DNA of 64,000 bases from assembly GCA_951406725.2 (NCBI GenBank), contig OX597834.1, positions 13,144,001-13,208,000 of the forward strand, in the 5' to 3' direction. Under the pieces are notes generated by a model. That model worked only from the letters and a program-made list of their open reading frames with translations. It did not search any database and was not told the origin of the DNA. Source of the stretch: Octopus vulgaris (taxonomy: Eukaryota). Within the stretch, counting starts at the first letter, position 1, and every line of letters begins with the position of its first letter. Positions 1 through 12,400 of the stretch are shown here, piece by piece. Position numbers and translations under genes: made by a program.

Positions 1-34
1 TTCTTACGTGCGCGCATGTGTATATGTATAATTA

Positions 35-117
<83 letters not shown>

Positions 118-200
118 TCGCCATGGGCTCTTAGGAGCCTAGTTCGATTTGTTTTTGCTCCGCCTCTGTTCTGTTTTTGTTTTTTTCCAACGGATTTCCT

Positions 201-291
201 ATTTCTTCCTGAAGAGAAAGACACAATATGGTCCCATTATTCAATCGGATTTTGGTAAATTGTGCCTTTCGAAACACGTGTAGAATGAAAT
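201..291 (+). ncRNA. Type I hammerhead ribozyme motif with long stem II
   Basis: Stem I ATTTC-TTC (201-208) pairs with GAA-T-GAAAT (283-291). Core CTGAAGA is at 209-215. Stem II is GAAAG-ACACAAT...ATTGTG-C-CTTTC (216-270), followed by GAAA at 271-274. Stem III is the palindrome ACACGTGT with a GTA cleavage triplet. It lies in a ~235-bp module between (TA)n tracts. Confidence 0.85.
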
Positions 292-344
292 AAAACAATT
301 TCTGTTCAATCTGCGTTCAGCTCCATTTCTTCAATTCACCAATA

Positions 345-431
<87 letters not shown>

Positions 432-519
432 CTATGTATATATATATGTGAGTGTGTTTGTATTTATGTATATGTATGTATATATGTGTAGATATGCATA
501 AATATCTTATGTATGTATA

Positions 520-733
520 GGCGGTGAGCTGGCAGAAATGTTAGCACGCCGGATGATATTCTTGGCAGTATTTCCTGTCTTTATCTTCTGAGTTCAAATT
601 CCACCGACGTCGACTTTGCCTTTTATGCTTTCGGGGTCCATAAATTAAGTACCAGTTGCTTACCTGCATCGATCTAATAGTAACACCCACTCCCCCCAAA
701 TTTCTGGCCTTGTGCCTATAGTAGAAAAGAATA
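520..733 (+). mobile_element. tRNA-derived SINE, family A (GGCGGCGAGCTGGCAGAA head)
   Basis: A-box-like head, B-box GAGTTCAAATTCC and central GCCTTT...TTTCGGGGTC.ATAAATTAAGTACCAG segment, shared with more than 10 copies in the window. Confidence 0.8.
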
Positions 734-1339
734 TCAACACACCACCACCAACAACAACACCACATTTATCCGCCTCTTGCTCTCAATACAAGTACCTGTA
801 AATCTTTCATTATCTACCTTCTGCTTCAGCAAACTTTTCTTCAGCCACATAATAAGCATTCTTTCCTCACCCGACCACCCGTCTTTAACACCTCTTTCTC
901 TCTTTATTTTCCTCGTCGCTTTCTCTCGTTCTTCGCCTCTGCCTTTAGCTCACTTACGTGATACTTTCGCTTATTAGTAACTTTTCTCTACTGCTTCCTC
1001 TCTTCTTTATTCATTTCTACCTCTTTCTCTCTCACTCTTATACTATATCTCACTCACTCCACCTCCAACTCTCCAACTAACTAAGGTATAACGGGCAAAC
1101 GAACAAACAGATTATATTAGTGCGTGTGTCTGTGTGTTTGTTTGTTTGTTTGTTTGTATGTATGTATCTATGTATGTATGTATGTATGTATGTATGTATG
1201 TATGTATGTATGTATGTATGTATGTATGTATTTATGGATGGATGGATGGAGGGAGGGAGGGAGGGTGACGAGAATAACAATAATTACATTAGGCAAAATA
1301 GGCAGTTGATAAGAACGGGTCTTAATGACCGCTCGCGAA

Positions 1340-1910
1340 TAAAAGAATATTTTAACGCCTTGAATGTGAGGCCTTTGTCAGGAGATACGATAAAAAGGGA
1401 CACATATTCAGAATTACTAGGATTGAGAGATGCAGGCGGGATGCAAACTTTTATAGTCCAAAGGAGGGCTTCTATTTCCATGAGTTACTGTGTGTATGTG
1501 TATATTTTTCTAATTGTATATACTGTATTTCCCCATTGTAATTTCTGCATATACCTTCATTCACTATTACTAAGAAGAGTTCACTTTGCTTATCAACAAA
1601 TAAGCTGTTTTACTTATGTATACAGTGTAATGTTATTACCATGGATGTTAATAATATCTCCATGGAGCACTGTACTCAATGCAAGAGGCACGTGAGAGGC
1701 GGGCGCCAGTCTACGATACCTGACAGCTCCTTCAAGCTGATATAGACAAGGACTGTATAAAACCAAAATATGTTTTTCATCAGCATGCAATGTGCAAGTT
1801 GAATTTCCTGTGGTCATATATTACAATACGATATATCTGAAAAAGAAGGGCAGTCTGACCTGTCTTAGAAAAACCTATAAGCATATGAACTTGAAACGTG
1901 GTATGATTTA
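1340..1910 (-). mobile_element. Possible highly decayed Penelope-like GIY-YIG endonuclease 3' end
   Basis: Minus-strand fragments TTGNSTCT, RYRRLA, EIEALLW and SLNPSN loosely resemble PLE motifs (GNFTCT, GRRLA, EAFW...TLxPxGLN). They are followed by a degenerate CTGACAAAGGCC...GGCG. Frames are broken. Confidence 0.3.
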
Positions 1911-2060
1911 AGAGTAGACACATTTCCAATACATCTACTGGGGAGACGATATTTTCTCCAGATTTCTGTTAACAGTCAATTACAGCTACATGGAAACTGT
2001 CAAAGTATCAAAACCACATAGAACTCAGTAATTTCTAAAAAACCTGTTTTACTATACATG

Positions 2061-2175
2061 ATAGGTGTGGCTGTGTGGAAAGTAGCTTGTTTACAAACCA
2101 CATGGTTCCGGGTCAACCAAAGCCTTGTGAGTGGATTTCGTAGACGGAAACTGAAAGAAGCCCGTCGTATATATG

Positions 2176-2225
<50 letters not shown>

Positions 2226-2445
2226 CGTGTATGTTTGTGTGTCTGTGTTTGTACCCCTAGCATTGCTTGACAACCGATGCTGGTGTGTTTATGTCCCCGT
2301 CATTTAGCGGTTCGGCAAAAGAGACCTATAGAATAAGTACTGGGCTTACAAAGAATAAGTCCCGAGCTCGAGTTGCTCGATTAAAGGCGGTGCTCCAGCG
2401 TGGCCGCAGTCAAATGACTGAAACAAGTAAAAGAGAGTAAGAGTA
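2061..2445 (+). mobile_element. tRNA-derived SINE, family C (internal TA/TG microsatellite), with ~55-bp internal deletion
   Basis: Head GGTGTGGCTGTGTGG...GGTTCCGGGT, body CCAAAGCCTTGTGAGTGGATTT, internal microsatellite and tail GGCGGTGCTCCAGC.TGGCCGCAGTCAAATGACTGAAACAAG. It lacks the CCTTGGGCAAGTGTCTT segment present in the 33.5, 43.8 and 44.3 kb copies. Confidence 0.85.
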
Positions 2446-2495
2446 TAATGTGAACTTCGAAAGTGTAAATGTTAGCATTTATTACGTGTGTTAAG

Positions 2496-3170
2496 CCGGC
2501 GAGCTGTCGTAAACGAAAGATGGCCAAAGCGACAAAATATTTGGCTGGCGCTTTAGCTTTTTCAGTAAAAATTCTTACGATGTCAACTGTTCATCACATC
2601 CTTCTGATTCGATAAAACAACTGTCCTTTGAATACTCGAGTCAATATAATCTACTAACACCTTTCCCCAACAGTCCTGGCCTTCTGCTTAAACTAGAAAA
2701 GATGGAGAGCTATTAGAATCGCTAATACGCCGGGCAAAATGTGCAGCGGCTTTTTTTTCCGATTTTATGCCTTAAGATCAAATTCTGCTGAGCGCGGCTT
2801 TCCCTTTAATACGTTGAGATAGACGTACCAGTTGAGCGCTGGGGTCGATGTATTCAACTTAACTCTCCCTAAAAGTTCTCTTTTAAATAAAACAAATCAC
2901 ATATACTCACATCACAACAGAATGTCAACAAATCATAGAAACGATTATTATACATAATGTGATATGGGAATCGTTGGCGAGCTGGCCAAAATAATCAGTA
3001 GAATATCTTACGTCACATTAATTTATGAGTTCAAATTCCACCGAAGTCAACGATGGATGCCATCCTCCCTAAGGCACTAAGATAAATGACACTCCAGTCG
3101 CGTTGGCGATATAACCGATTTAATTCCACCACTTAAAATTGCTGGCCTTGTGCAAATGTAGAAAATGATT
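2496..3170 (+). mobile_element. Three old, diverged family A SINE copies
   Basis: GGCGAGCTG-like heads at ~2497, ~2705 and ~2976, with degenerate B-box and tail segments. Confidence 0.55.
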
Positions 3171-3732
3171 ATTACATTATTACAATGAAATGACAGTTAT
3201 TCAAGTTAGCGAATAAACTATTTTACGATCTATTAAACAATACGTTGGCGTCCATTACTCTCTGTAACTTTCAACGATAAAACATCAAATAATCTACAAG
3301 TTCTTAGGAAAATCAAAACGATTTTAATTACTTGTTGAAATTAATTTTATTAATGAACAATTGAGTTATATGGATTGTTATCGCAGCGATTCAAAATACC
3401 GTCATTAATGGTATAGATACCGACACAATCAACCTCCTCTTTGGAGATGAAAGATATTTGTTCATCCAAGAATTAAACATCTGAAGAAATTTGGAGATGA
3501 AAGAAATCCGAGATGTAGCGTTTATCTGATTGGTAACCGGCACTTTCTCTCGAGTTCAAGTTAATAGTCAGAAAACAAATATAATTGTTTTTTGTTTTTT
3601 TTTGTTATATAATGCTTTCAGGTATATACCAACTAGAACATTGGCATAAATAATTATATTTGAAATTTAATTTTAATTTCTGTAATTTTATGAATATTTA
3701 TACTTACGCTCAGAGACGCATAAATATTGCGC

Positions 3733-3763
<31 letters not shown>

Positions 3764-3940
3764 TGTATGTATGTATGTATGTATGTATGTATGTATGTAT
3801 GTATGTATGCAATTGTTCGGTTTTATTTCAAGATTTCTTACTAATAGAGAAAGAGCAGGTTTCTAACCTCTGTAGATTTTGTATGAAAACAAGGAGTAGC
3901 TGAAAGTTTATTCATCATCTCTGAATCCGGTGTAGCGTTA

Positions 3941-4204
3941 CTGCATGATTTCTGGCTTATATTTTGAGAAACAACAGAGTAATTGTCTGTGTATTTCGAA
4001 AGGTAAATTATCATATTTATGGACAAAACCACAATTAATACTGCGTTGTTTAAATATTCACTCGTGGTATATCTGCATGATTTGTAGCTTATGTTGAGAA
4101 AGAACAGAGGTAAGTGTCTGTGTATATCGAGACGTAAAGTACCTCATTTATGGCCTAAACCATAATTAATACTGCTTTGTTTAAATATTCACTCGTTGTA
4201 TATC
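3941..4204. repeat. Diverged tandem duplication, 132-bp period, 2 copies
   Basis: CTGCATGATTT...AATTAATACTGC.TTGTTTAAATATTCACTCGT.GTATAT starts at 3941 and again at 4073. Confidence 0.85.
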
Positions 4205-4621
4205 TCATATATATTTCATGAGAATCGTAAGTGGTGATTTCGACTTCATCGAGAATTTGCAAAAGAGCACAAACCATTCAGTTTGAAATTACTAGCAAAT
4301 TACAGATTTCTTAACAAATGGCTCTAAATTCTAAATAATGACCCATAAATGTTACAATATATTTCCTGTAGTTTTACTCAACTTCGCTGTTATAATATCT
4401 GACTATTTTCTTCATTATATATTTCATTAAGATAATAAAACGTTGATGGGTATTTCATTAAACAAATATCCGTAAACAATTATTCTTTAAATACGAGTTG
4501 ATTCCATAATATCTAGTAATACGAGTGTTTTATTACAGGATATTTCATTAATTATCGGTATCATAATATTTTCTTTTACGTGTATGTATACGTGTGTATG
4601 TATGTACGTGTGTGTCTGTGT

Positions 4622-4662
<41 letters not shown>

Positions 4663-4727
4663 TGCGTATGTTTGCATACATACGCACCGCAAGCATATTG
4701 ATATATATATATATAGACATATATATA

Positions 4728-4945
4728 TGTGTGCGTTTTGTGTTTGTCTCCCCACCCCGCAATATCGCTTGACAATCGATGCTAATGTGTTTACATCCCC
4801 GTAACTAAGCGGTTCGGCAAGAGGGACCGATAGAATAAGTACTAGGCTTACTAAGAATAAGTCCTGGGGACGATTTGCTCGACTAAAGACGGTGCTCCAG
4901 CATGGCCGCAGTTAAATGACTGAAACAAATAAGAGAAAGAAAAGA
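4728..4945 (+). mobile_element. Family C SINE, 3' half
   Basis: CTTGACAA.CGATGCT...GCGGTTCGGCAA...GGTGCTCCAGCATGGCCGCAG tail. Confidence 0.8.
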
Positions 4946-4946
4946 C

Positions 4947-4979
<33 letters not shown>

Positions 4980-4999
4980 TTCACAATATATATATAATA

Positions 5000-6305
5000 G
5001 CATGTTCAGTTGATGAAAAGACGGTGAAAATGTGCTTACGATATAATTTCGCCTGGCGTTTGAGTTCTATGCTGAAATTCCGCCTTGTTCAACCTTTTTT
5101 TATAATAAGTTCGGTGTCAAGATACTAAGTACCAGCGGAGCACTGGTGTCGTTGTAATCGACTCGCCCTCCACCTCAAAGTTTCAGGCCTTTAGCCAGTA
5201 GTAGAACGATACATACTCACATAAGCACGCCTGGTGAAATGCTTAACTGTATTTCGTCTGTCATTACCTTGTGAGTTCAAATTCCGCCGAGGTCGACTTT
5301 GCCTTTCATCCTTTCGGGGTCGATAAATTAAGTACCAGTTACGCACTGGGGTCGATGTAATCGACTTAATACCTATGTCTGTCCTTGTTTGTCCCCTCTG
5401 TGTTTAGCCCCTTGTGGGTAATAAAGAAATAGGTATTTCGTCTGTAGGCGAGCTGGCAGAATCGTTAGTATGCCGTGCGAAATGCTCAGCAGAATTTCGT
5501 CTGCCGTTACGATCTGAGTTCAAATTCCGCCGAGGTCGACTTTGCTTTTCATCCTTTCGGGGTCGATAAATTAAGTACCATTAACGCACTGGGGTCGTTA
5601 TAATCGACCTGATACTTTGTCTCTCCTTGTTTGTGCCCTCTATGTTTATCCCCCTGTGAGCAATAATGAAATAAAGAAATAGGAAACTTTAGCACGCCGG
5701 CGAAATGCTGAATGGTGTATATTCTGTCTTTACGTTCTGAGTTTAAATTCCGCTGAGGTCGACTTTGCCTTTCAACCTTTCGGGATCGGTAAATGAAGTA
5801 CCGGTAAATTAAGTACTGGGATCAATCGAATCCACTGGCCCCTTCCCATAACTTTCGGGCCCTGTTATTAGATTAGAAAAGAATATTTTATTTAAAGCGG
5901 TGAAGGCGGCGAGCTGGCAGAAACGTTAGCACGCCGAGTGAAATGCTTAGCAGTATTTCGCCTACCGTTACGTTGTGAGTTCAAATTCCGCCGAGGTCGA
6001 CTTTGCCTTTCAACCTTTCGGGGTCGATTAAATAAGCACCATTTACGCACTGGGGTCGTTGTAATCGACTTAATCCCTTCGTCTGTCTTTGTTTGTCACC
6101 TCTGTTTTTCAGCCCCTTGTTGGTAGTATAGAAATATGTATTTCGTCTGTCTTTACGTACTGAATTAAAATTCCGCCGAGTCCGACTTTGCCTCTCACCA
6201 TTCCGGGGCTCGATAAATTAAGTACCAATTGTGTGCCGGAGTCGATGTAATCGAATGTACCCCGCCCCAAAACGTCGGGTCCTTTGCTTAGAATAGAAAA
6301 GTATA
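5000..6305 (+). mobile_element. Head-to-tail cluster of ~6 family A SINE units
   Basis: GAGTTCAAATTCCGCCGAGGTCGACTTTGCC-type core recurs at ~5275, 5517, 5740, 5978 and 6165, plus a degenerate copy at ~5060. Confidence 0.85.
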
Positions 6306-6981
6306 TAATTATTGATGCAGACCATACGAGTCTAAAAACTCCATCCCCGTTTTTCATAAAAATATTTGCATATACACTGTACAATTTGCACTAAACTTAG
6401 TAAGTATATTTCTGCAAATAACCATAGTTAACTATGATCGTACTAAGTTAAAACTATTAACTACAGCTGAGATTATTTTAATCGGACTGACCTTTAAATC
6501 ACAACGTTGTTTCCTAAAGCGAGTGCACTAAACATACAATGAAGATTCCAGTGTTATTTTCTAATTTTTTTTTCTTCGGTGTATGCGTGTATGAATGTGT
6601 GTGTTCGCACGCGTGCCAATACTGCAATGTAAAACATGTAAGTTGTAGGTAGACAGTATAGTTTTATTATTGGATTTAAGGTAGCTGGCTGTAATTGTTG
6701 GTAATGTCATAAATATCGCATTTATTATTGGATGAGAATGTCAAACGGTATAGGGCAACGAGAAAGAATCTGTCAAGTCAAAATGGTTTCTGCATTTAAC
6801 ATTTTTGACAGAAAACAATGTTACTGTTTTTAAGTTGGTGGTCGTTTTGTGCAAGACACGAATGTCAGTGACTGAGTATACCTAAGGTAGAACCAAGCAA
6901 CATGACGAAAATCACAATAAAACAATGATATTATGTTCGGCGATGGTAGACACATCTCCATCACCTCACTTTTACATCTTA

Positions 6982-7369
6982 GTGGAGGCGCAATGGCCCA
7001 GTGGTTAGGGCAGCGGACTCGCGGTCGGAGGATCGCGGTTTCGATTCCCAGACTCAATAAACATTGTGAGTGTTTATTGAGCGAAAACACCTAAAGCTCT
7101 ACGATGCTCCGGCAGGGGGTGGTGGTGAACCCTGCTGTATTCTTTCACCACAACTTTCTCTCGCTCTTTCTTCCTGTTTCTCTTGTACCTGTATTTCAAA
7201 GGGCCGGCCTTGTCACTCTCTGTGTCACGCTGAATATCCGCTAGAACTACGTTAAGGGTACAAGTGTCTGAGGAGTGCTCAGCCACTTGCACGTTAATAT
7301 CACGAGCAAGCTCTTCCGTTGATCGTATCCGCTGGGACCCTCATCGTCGCAACCGACGGAGTGCTCCTA
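6982..7369 (+). mobile_element. tRNA-derived SINE, family B, full length with TSD
   Basis: Head GGAGGCGCAATGGCCCAGTGGTTAGGGCAGCGGACTCGCGG with TTCGATTCCC B-box. An 11-bp TSD TTTACATCTTA lies at 6971-6981 and 7370-7380. Confidence 0.92.
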
Positions 7370-7574
7370 TTTACATCTTAACAAAATGCAGTCTGGTGGA
7401 ACAGTGTCCTTCGATAAAGGACGCTTAAACTTTTGGTGGCACATTTGATAATAGACCTGTTCGATCAGATAATCATGTCCTCAACCTCACCAAACGACGA
7501 TAGAATCACGAACATCATAGAGAATCGTTTGTTTTTCCGCACCAAATAATTCGTTCAAAAGGCATCGCTTCAAA

Positions 7575-7780
7575 CATTTTTTTAAAATTTTGTCACAAGG
7601 CCAGCATATTCGGGGGCGCGGTATATCGATTACACAACCTTCAGCCCTCTTCTCGTGCGTATTATATCGAACGCAAAAGAAGGAAAGGCAAAATAGTTGT
7701 ACGCAGAATTTGAACTCAGAATGTAAGCGCATCCGAAATACCGCTAGGCATTCCTCTCGGCGAGCTAATGTTTCTGCCAC
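7575..7780 (-). mobile_element. Family A SINE, diverged
   Basis: Reverse complement of GGTGGCAGAAACATTAGC...CTGAGTTCAAATTC...TTTGCCTTTC. Confidence 0.7.
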
Positions 7781-7859
7781 CTGACCACTTTAACGTCATA
7801 ATGCCCATGCCATTGGAGCCACTAATTATGAAGGAACATATATATATATATATGAAATA

Positions 7860-8093
7860 ATAAATGTGCCCTTTTTGAAGCCTTGCCATGCTCATGGGCC
7901 CGGTTTCCCAGTTTCTCAGGCGTATGCGTTCGCCAGCTGGATGGGACGCCAGTCCATCGCGCGTTACTCATTTTTGCCCGTTGAAATGAAGTGTTTTGCT
8001 CAAGAACACAACGCATCACCCGGTTCAGGAATCGAAACCACAATCTTACGATCATGATGCTGACACCCTAACCACTAAGCCACGCGCCTCCAC
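7860..8093 (-). mobile_element. tRNA-derived SINE, family D, with V-domain-like segment
   Basis: Minus head GTGGAGGCGCGTGGCTTAGTGGTTAGGG...TTCGATTCC. Internal GCGATGGACTGGCGTCCCATCCAG...GAAAC resembles the V-SINE central domain as recalled. Confidence 0.7.
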
Positions 8094-8142
8094 ACACACA
8101 TACACACACATATATATGTACATATATATACATATATATATG

Positions 8143-8206
<64 letters not shown>

Positions 8207-8220
8207 TATATATTTATATA

Positions 8221-8262
<42 letters not shown>

Positions 8263-8692
8263 TATATATATAAATATATATATAGATATAGAAGTAGATA
8301 TATATATGTATAAATATATATATATATGTATATATATATGTATGTATGTATAAATATATATATATACATATATATAAATGTATATATATATATATACATA
8401 TATATATGTGTATATATATACATCTATATACATATATATATGTATATATATACATATATATATATGTATATATATAAATATGTATATATATATATGTGTG
8501 TGTGTATGAGTATGAATGTGTATGAGTATGAATGTGTATGCATGTTGAGTGTGTGCATGTATTTATTTGCACCTAAACTACTGTGGTTACTGCCAATGAT
8601 CTCTAATTAGGTTTGCAAAGAACATTAAAGATGCACCAACATTCAAATACATAAGTTTCTTAATTCGAATATATATCTATATCTATATCTAA

Positions 8693-8755
<63 letters not shown>

Positions 8756-8788
8756 CACACACATACACACACACACACACCCACACAG

Positions 8789-8844
<56 letters not shown>

Positions 8845-9071
8845 CTTGCACTTAAGCAAATTCTGAAACAATGCCTCAGAGACATTTATTAATGAATGCA
8901 CCTTATAATTGATCATGTAAAAAGGACGGATTCACTGTAGAATCAGATAGATTCGTGCACACAAATTAAAATACAAATGCACACAGGCACTGAGTCTTTG
9001 TATTATGTCTACGTGTGTTATATGATATGAACATGTATATAGATATAGGGGTGAGTCTATATATGCATGAC

Positions 9072-9105
<34 letters not shown>

Positions 9106-9106
<1 letters not shown>

Positions 9107-9467
9107 TAGCAGTATCGCTCGGGTTTGTAAGGGAAATAACTATAAAGCATTTTTAGAGAGTTATAGCCAAAAAATGGAAAAAAATTATGGTAATTTTTTT
9201 TTTAGTTAAAAAAGGTGGAGTTGCGTCCCCTAGACAGTCTGTGGTTTGTGTTTCTGATTCTCGACCCCATGTCGAATTTATCGATTTTTTTTCAGAACTG
9301 GGGGAACTTTTCAAAATTTTCGCTGCGTTAGTTTTGAATTATGATATTGGGCTATGTGTGTGTCAAGTTTCATCAGAATCGGTTGAAAGCCGTGGTCAGG
9401 GTTAGGGTACAACCTAACAGACACACAGAAACACACACAGACAAACTGCCGTTTATATAGAGAGAGA
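9106..9467 (-). mobile_element. Non-autonomous Helitron
   Basis: Minus strand starts TCTCTCTATATAAAC and ends CTAG, inserted between A and T with no TSD. Its 3' part (TAACTCTCTAAAAAT, TTACCATAATTTTT) is shared with the element at 63758. Confidence 0.8.
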
Positions 9468-9660
9468 TATGCACAACAGGCTAAGTACGTATATGTGAGA
9501 CAAGGTAGAATATATAGTACTCGAATACTGGAGGAAGGGTAATATGTTTTATTAATAAAGATGCAAAGACATCACAAAAACTGTTATTTAGACACTCACG
9601 TTCCCGTTCGTCGTTCAATTTTGGTTTCTCAATGAAAACTACCCACGTTTTAGATGAACG

Positions 9661-9872
9661 CGGCGAGCTGGCAGAAACGTTACCACGCCGGCCGAAATGC
9701 TTAGCGGTATTTCGTATGTCTTTACGTTCCGTGTTCAAATTCCGCCGAGGTTCACTTTGCCTTTCACCATTCCGGGGCTCGATAAATTAAGTACCAATTA
9801 TGTACCGGGGTCGATGTAATCGACTGGAAGGCGTCCCAAAATGTCGGGCCTTGTGCTTAGGATAGAAAAGTA
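9661..9872 (+). mobile_element. Family A SINE
   Basis: CGGCGAGCTGGCAGAAACGTT head, GTTCAAATTCCGCCGAGG core and GGCCTTGTGCTTAGGATAGAAAAG tail. Confidence 0.85.
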
Positions 9873-10819
9873 TATAATCATCGATGTGTACCGTTACGAG
9901 TCTAAAACTCCATCCCAGGTTTTCATAAAATATTTGCATATACTCTGTACAATTTGCACTAATATATATGTGTCTGTGTGTCTGTGTGCGTGTGTGTTTG
10001 TGTATGGAACAAAACAGCTTGATTCAAATTCGTTGGTAAAATTTAGTTTCAAGCGTGATGTAAGTCGTCCGCCATTTTGACATTTTGAATTTAAATGGCA
10101 TCTGTTGATTGTTATTATCTCAAGGTGAGCTGCGATTGGTAGAGGGAGGTCTCGTGTGGTGTTGTGGGTTGATGTTGTTATATAGGTAACAGTTATTTGG
10201 AAAATACAGCATGGCGAATAGGAAATTGACAACGCGGAAGACAGGAATTAAAGCATGTGACGATTAGAAATCGTACCGGTTGTTGTTGGCGGTGGGCAGT
10301 AGTAAGAAAGTGTAGAATGTGCAAGTACATAATCCGTATATATGCACCAAGCCACGCAAGCCCACATAGAGAAACTCGCTCACTGACACACTCAGTATGA
10401 CACATACTCTTATTCAGAAAGACAATCGAAACTCATACACGCGGCGTGTGTACGCGCACATGTTCACCTGTACGTATTACAATTATATGCATTTAGATTT
10501 ATATCCGCATATACATACTTAATCACAGACATGTATTTATGTAGACATAAATATTTGTTTTTAACTTTGGCACAAAGCCAGTATTTTCGGGTGAGGAATA
10601 GTGCAATCATGATCGATGACAGCGTGTAAATGTTTCTTATATGGCCAACCCGCAAGGTGTTTGAACCCTGAAACGATGATATATCGCTAGAATTTTGCCC
10701 GGCGTGCCAACGATTTCACCAGCTCTGCTTTCAAAATCATAAATATTTATGAGCCCGCACACATACACACCAACACAGAGATAGAATACATGGATGTCGA
10801 TTTAGAGATAGAAAAACAA

Positions 10820-10825
10820 AGATAA

Positions 10826-10874
<49 letters not shown>

Positions 10875-11092
10875 CAGAATGACAGATAGATAGATAGATA
10901 GAAACATACGTATGTACGTATATACATCGATAGAAATAATGGGAGATAGGTAGATACATACATAGATAGACAGATAGATGCATACATACCTACCTACCTA
11001 CATACATACATACATACATACACACATATATCGATGCAAAGACAGTCAAATGGATAGTTAGATGATTGATAGATAGATAGATAGATAGATAT

Positions 11093-11143
<51 letters not shown>

Positions 11144-11231
11144 TTTCGATCGATAGATAGATAGATAGATAGATAGATAGACGGATAGATGGGTGTATAG
11201 ATGGATAGATAGATGATAGATAGATAGATAG

Positions 11232-11298
<67 letters not shown>

Positions 11299-11299
11299 T

Positions 11300-11346
<47 letters not shown>

Positions 11347-11347
11347 T

Positions 11348-11394
<47 letters not shown>

Positions 11395-11400
11395 GCATAG
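10820..11400. repeat. (AGAT)n-rich microsatellite region
   Basis: Visible directly in the sequence. It produces the YLSI-repeat ORFs. Confidence 0.95.
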
Positions 11401-11720
11401 CGATACACAACGTACATTACATACATAGAAAGACAGGCAGATAAATGGATAGATAATAGTGATAGAAAGTTAGCTAGAGAGGGAGAGACAGACAGACAGA
11501 GACAGAGCGGCAGAGAGACAGAGAGAGAGAGAGACATGGAGAGTACGCACATATATATGTATACATGCATTTGTAAGCTCATGTCTAAGTCGTTAGAAAA
11601 AGAGGTCAACGGTAACAGACGGATTACGATAATCCTAATTACGTTGTCGCACTTCAATCTGTTTTCTTGCTTACAACCTTCAATTAGATTTGATTCCTCG
11701 ACTCGTTGAATTGAGGCCTC

Positions 11721-11823
<103 letters not shown>

Positions 11824-11919
11824 CATACATACTCACGTGTGTACCTACATACATATGTGCATATATGTATGTGGATATATTTATGCACAAACATAATTAC
11901 ATATACGTGTATATACATA

Positions 11920-11953
<34 letters not shown>

Positions 11954-12111
11954 CATGTGTCTGTGTATAAGTGCGTAAATCTTTATCAAATCTACAAATA
12001 TGACATTTGTGATTTTTTGGTTACACGTGACATCTCGCGAATTGTATACCTGTCCCAACCACACACATACACACACATACACCTACATACGTACGTACAT
12101 ACATACATACA

Positions 12112-12147
<36 letters not shown>

Positions 12148-12250
12148 TACATATAAATATATATAAATATATATATTTATATATATATATATATATATGT
12201 ATATAAACATACATATTATTGTTTAGACTCTAAACTATAATGCTTTGAAA

Positions 12251-12400
12251 CAGTGCTTTTCAAACTTTTTGCTGGATCGGAACCCCAAGGAAACATTCCA
12301 CTGGCTCGAGGAACCCCTGTGCAATAATTTAATAGTCTTATGCACACATATCTGCCCAGGAGAATTAAAAATTCCGCGGAACCCTGGTTGAAAACCACTG
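12251..12400. mobile_element. hAT-type MITE, 150 bp
   Basis: TIRs CAGTGCTTTTCAA / TTGAAAACCACTG (Charlie-like) and internal GGAACCC repeats. No clean 8-bp TSD. Confidence 0.75.

Noticed and set aside
5222-6305. CRISPR-like repeat-spacer array
   Set aside because: Units are ~200-230-bp SINEs with homologous intervening sequence, in a eukaryotic context with no cas genes.
6982-7055. tRNA genes at SINE heads
   Set aside because: No proper acceptor stem. Each head continues into a SINE body, and family B copies are bounded by TSDs.
10068-10080. YY1-like motif CCGCCATTTTG
   Set aside because: A single short motif without promoter context.
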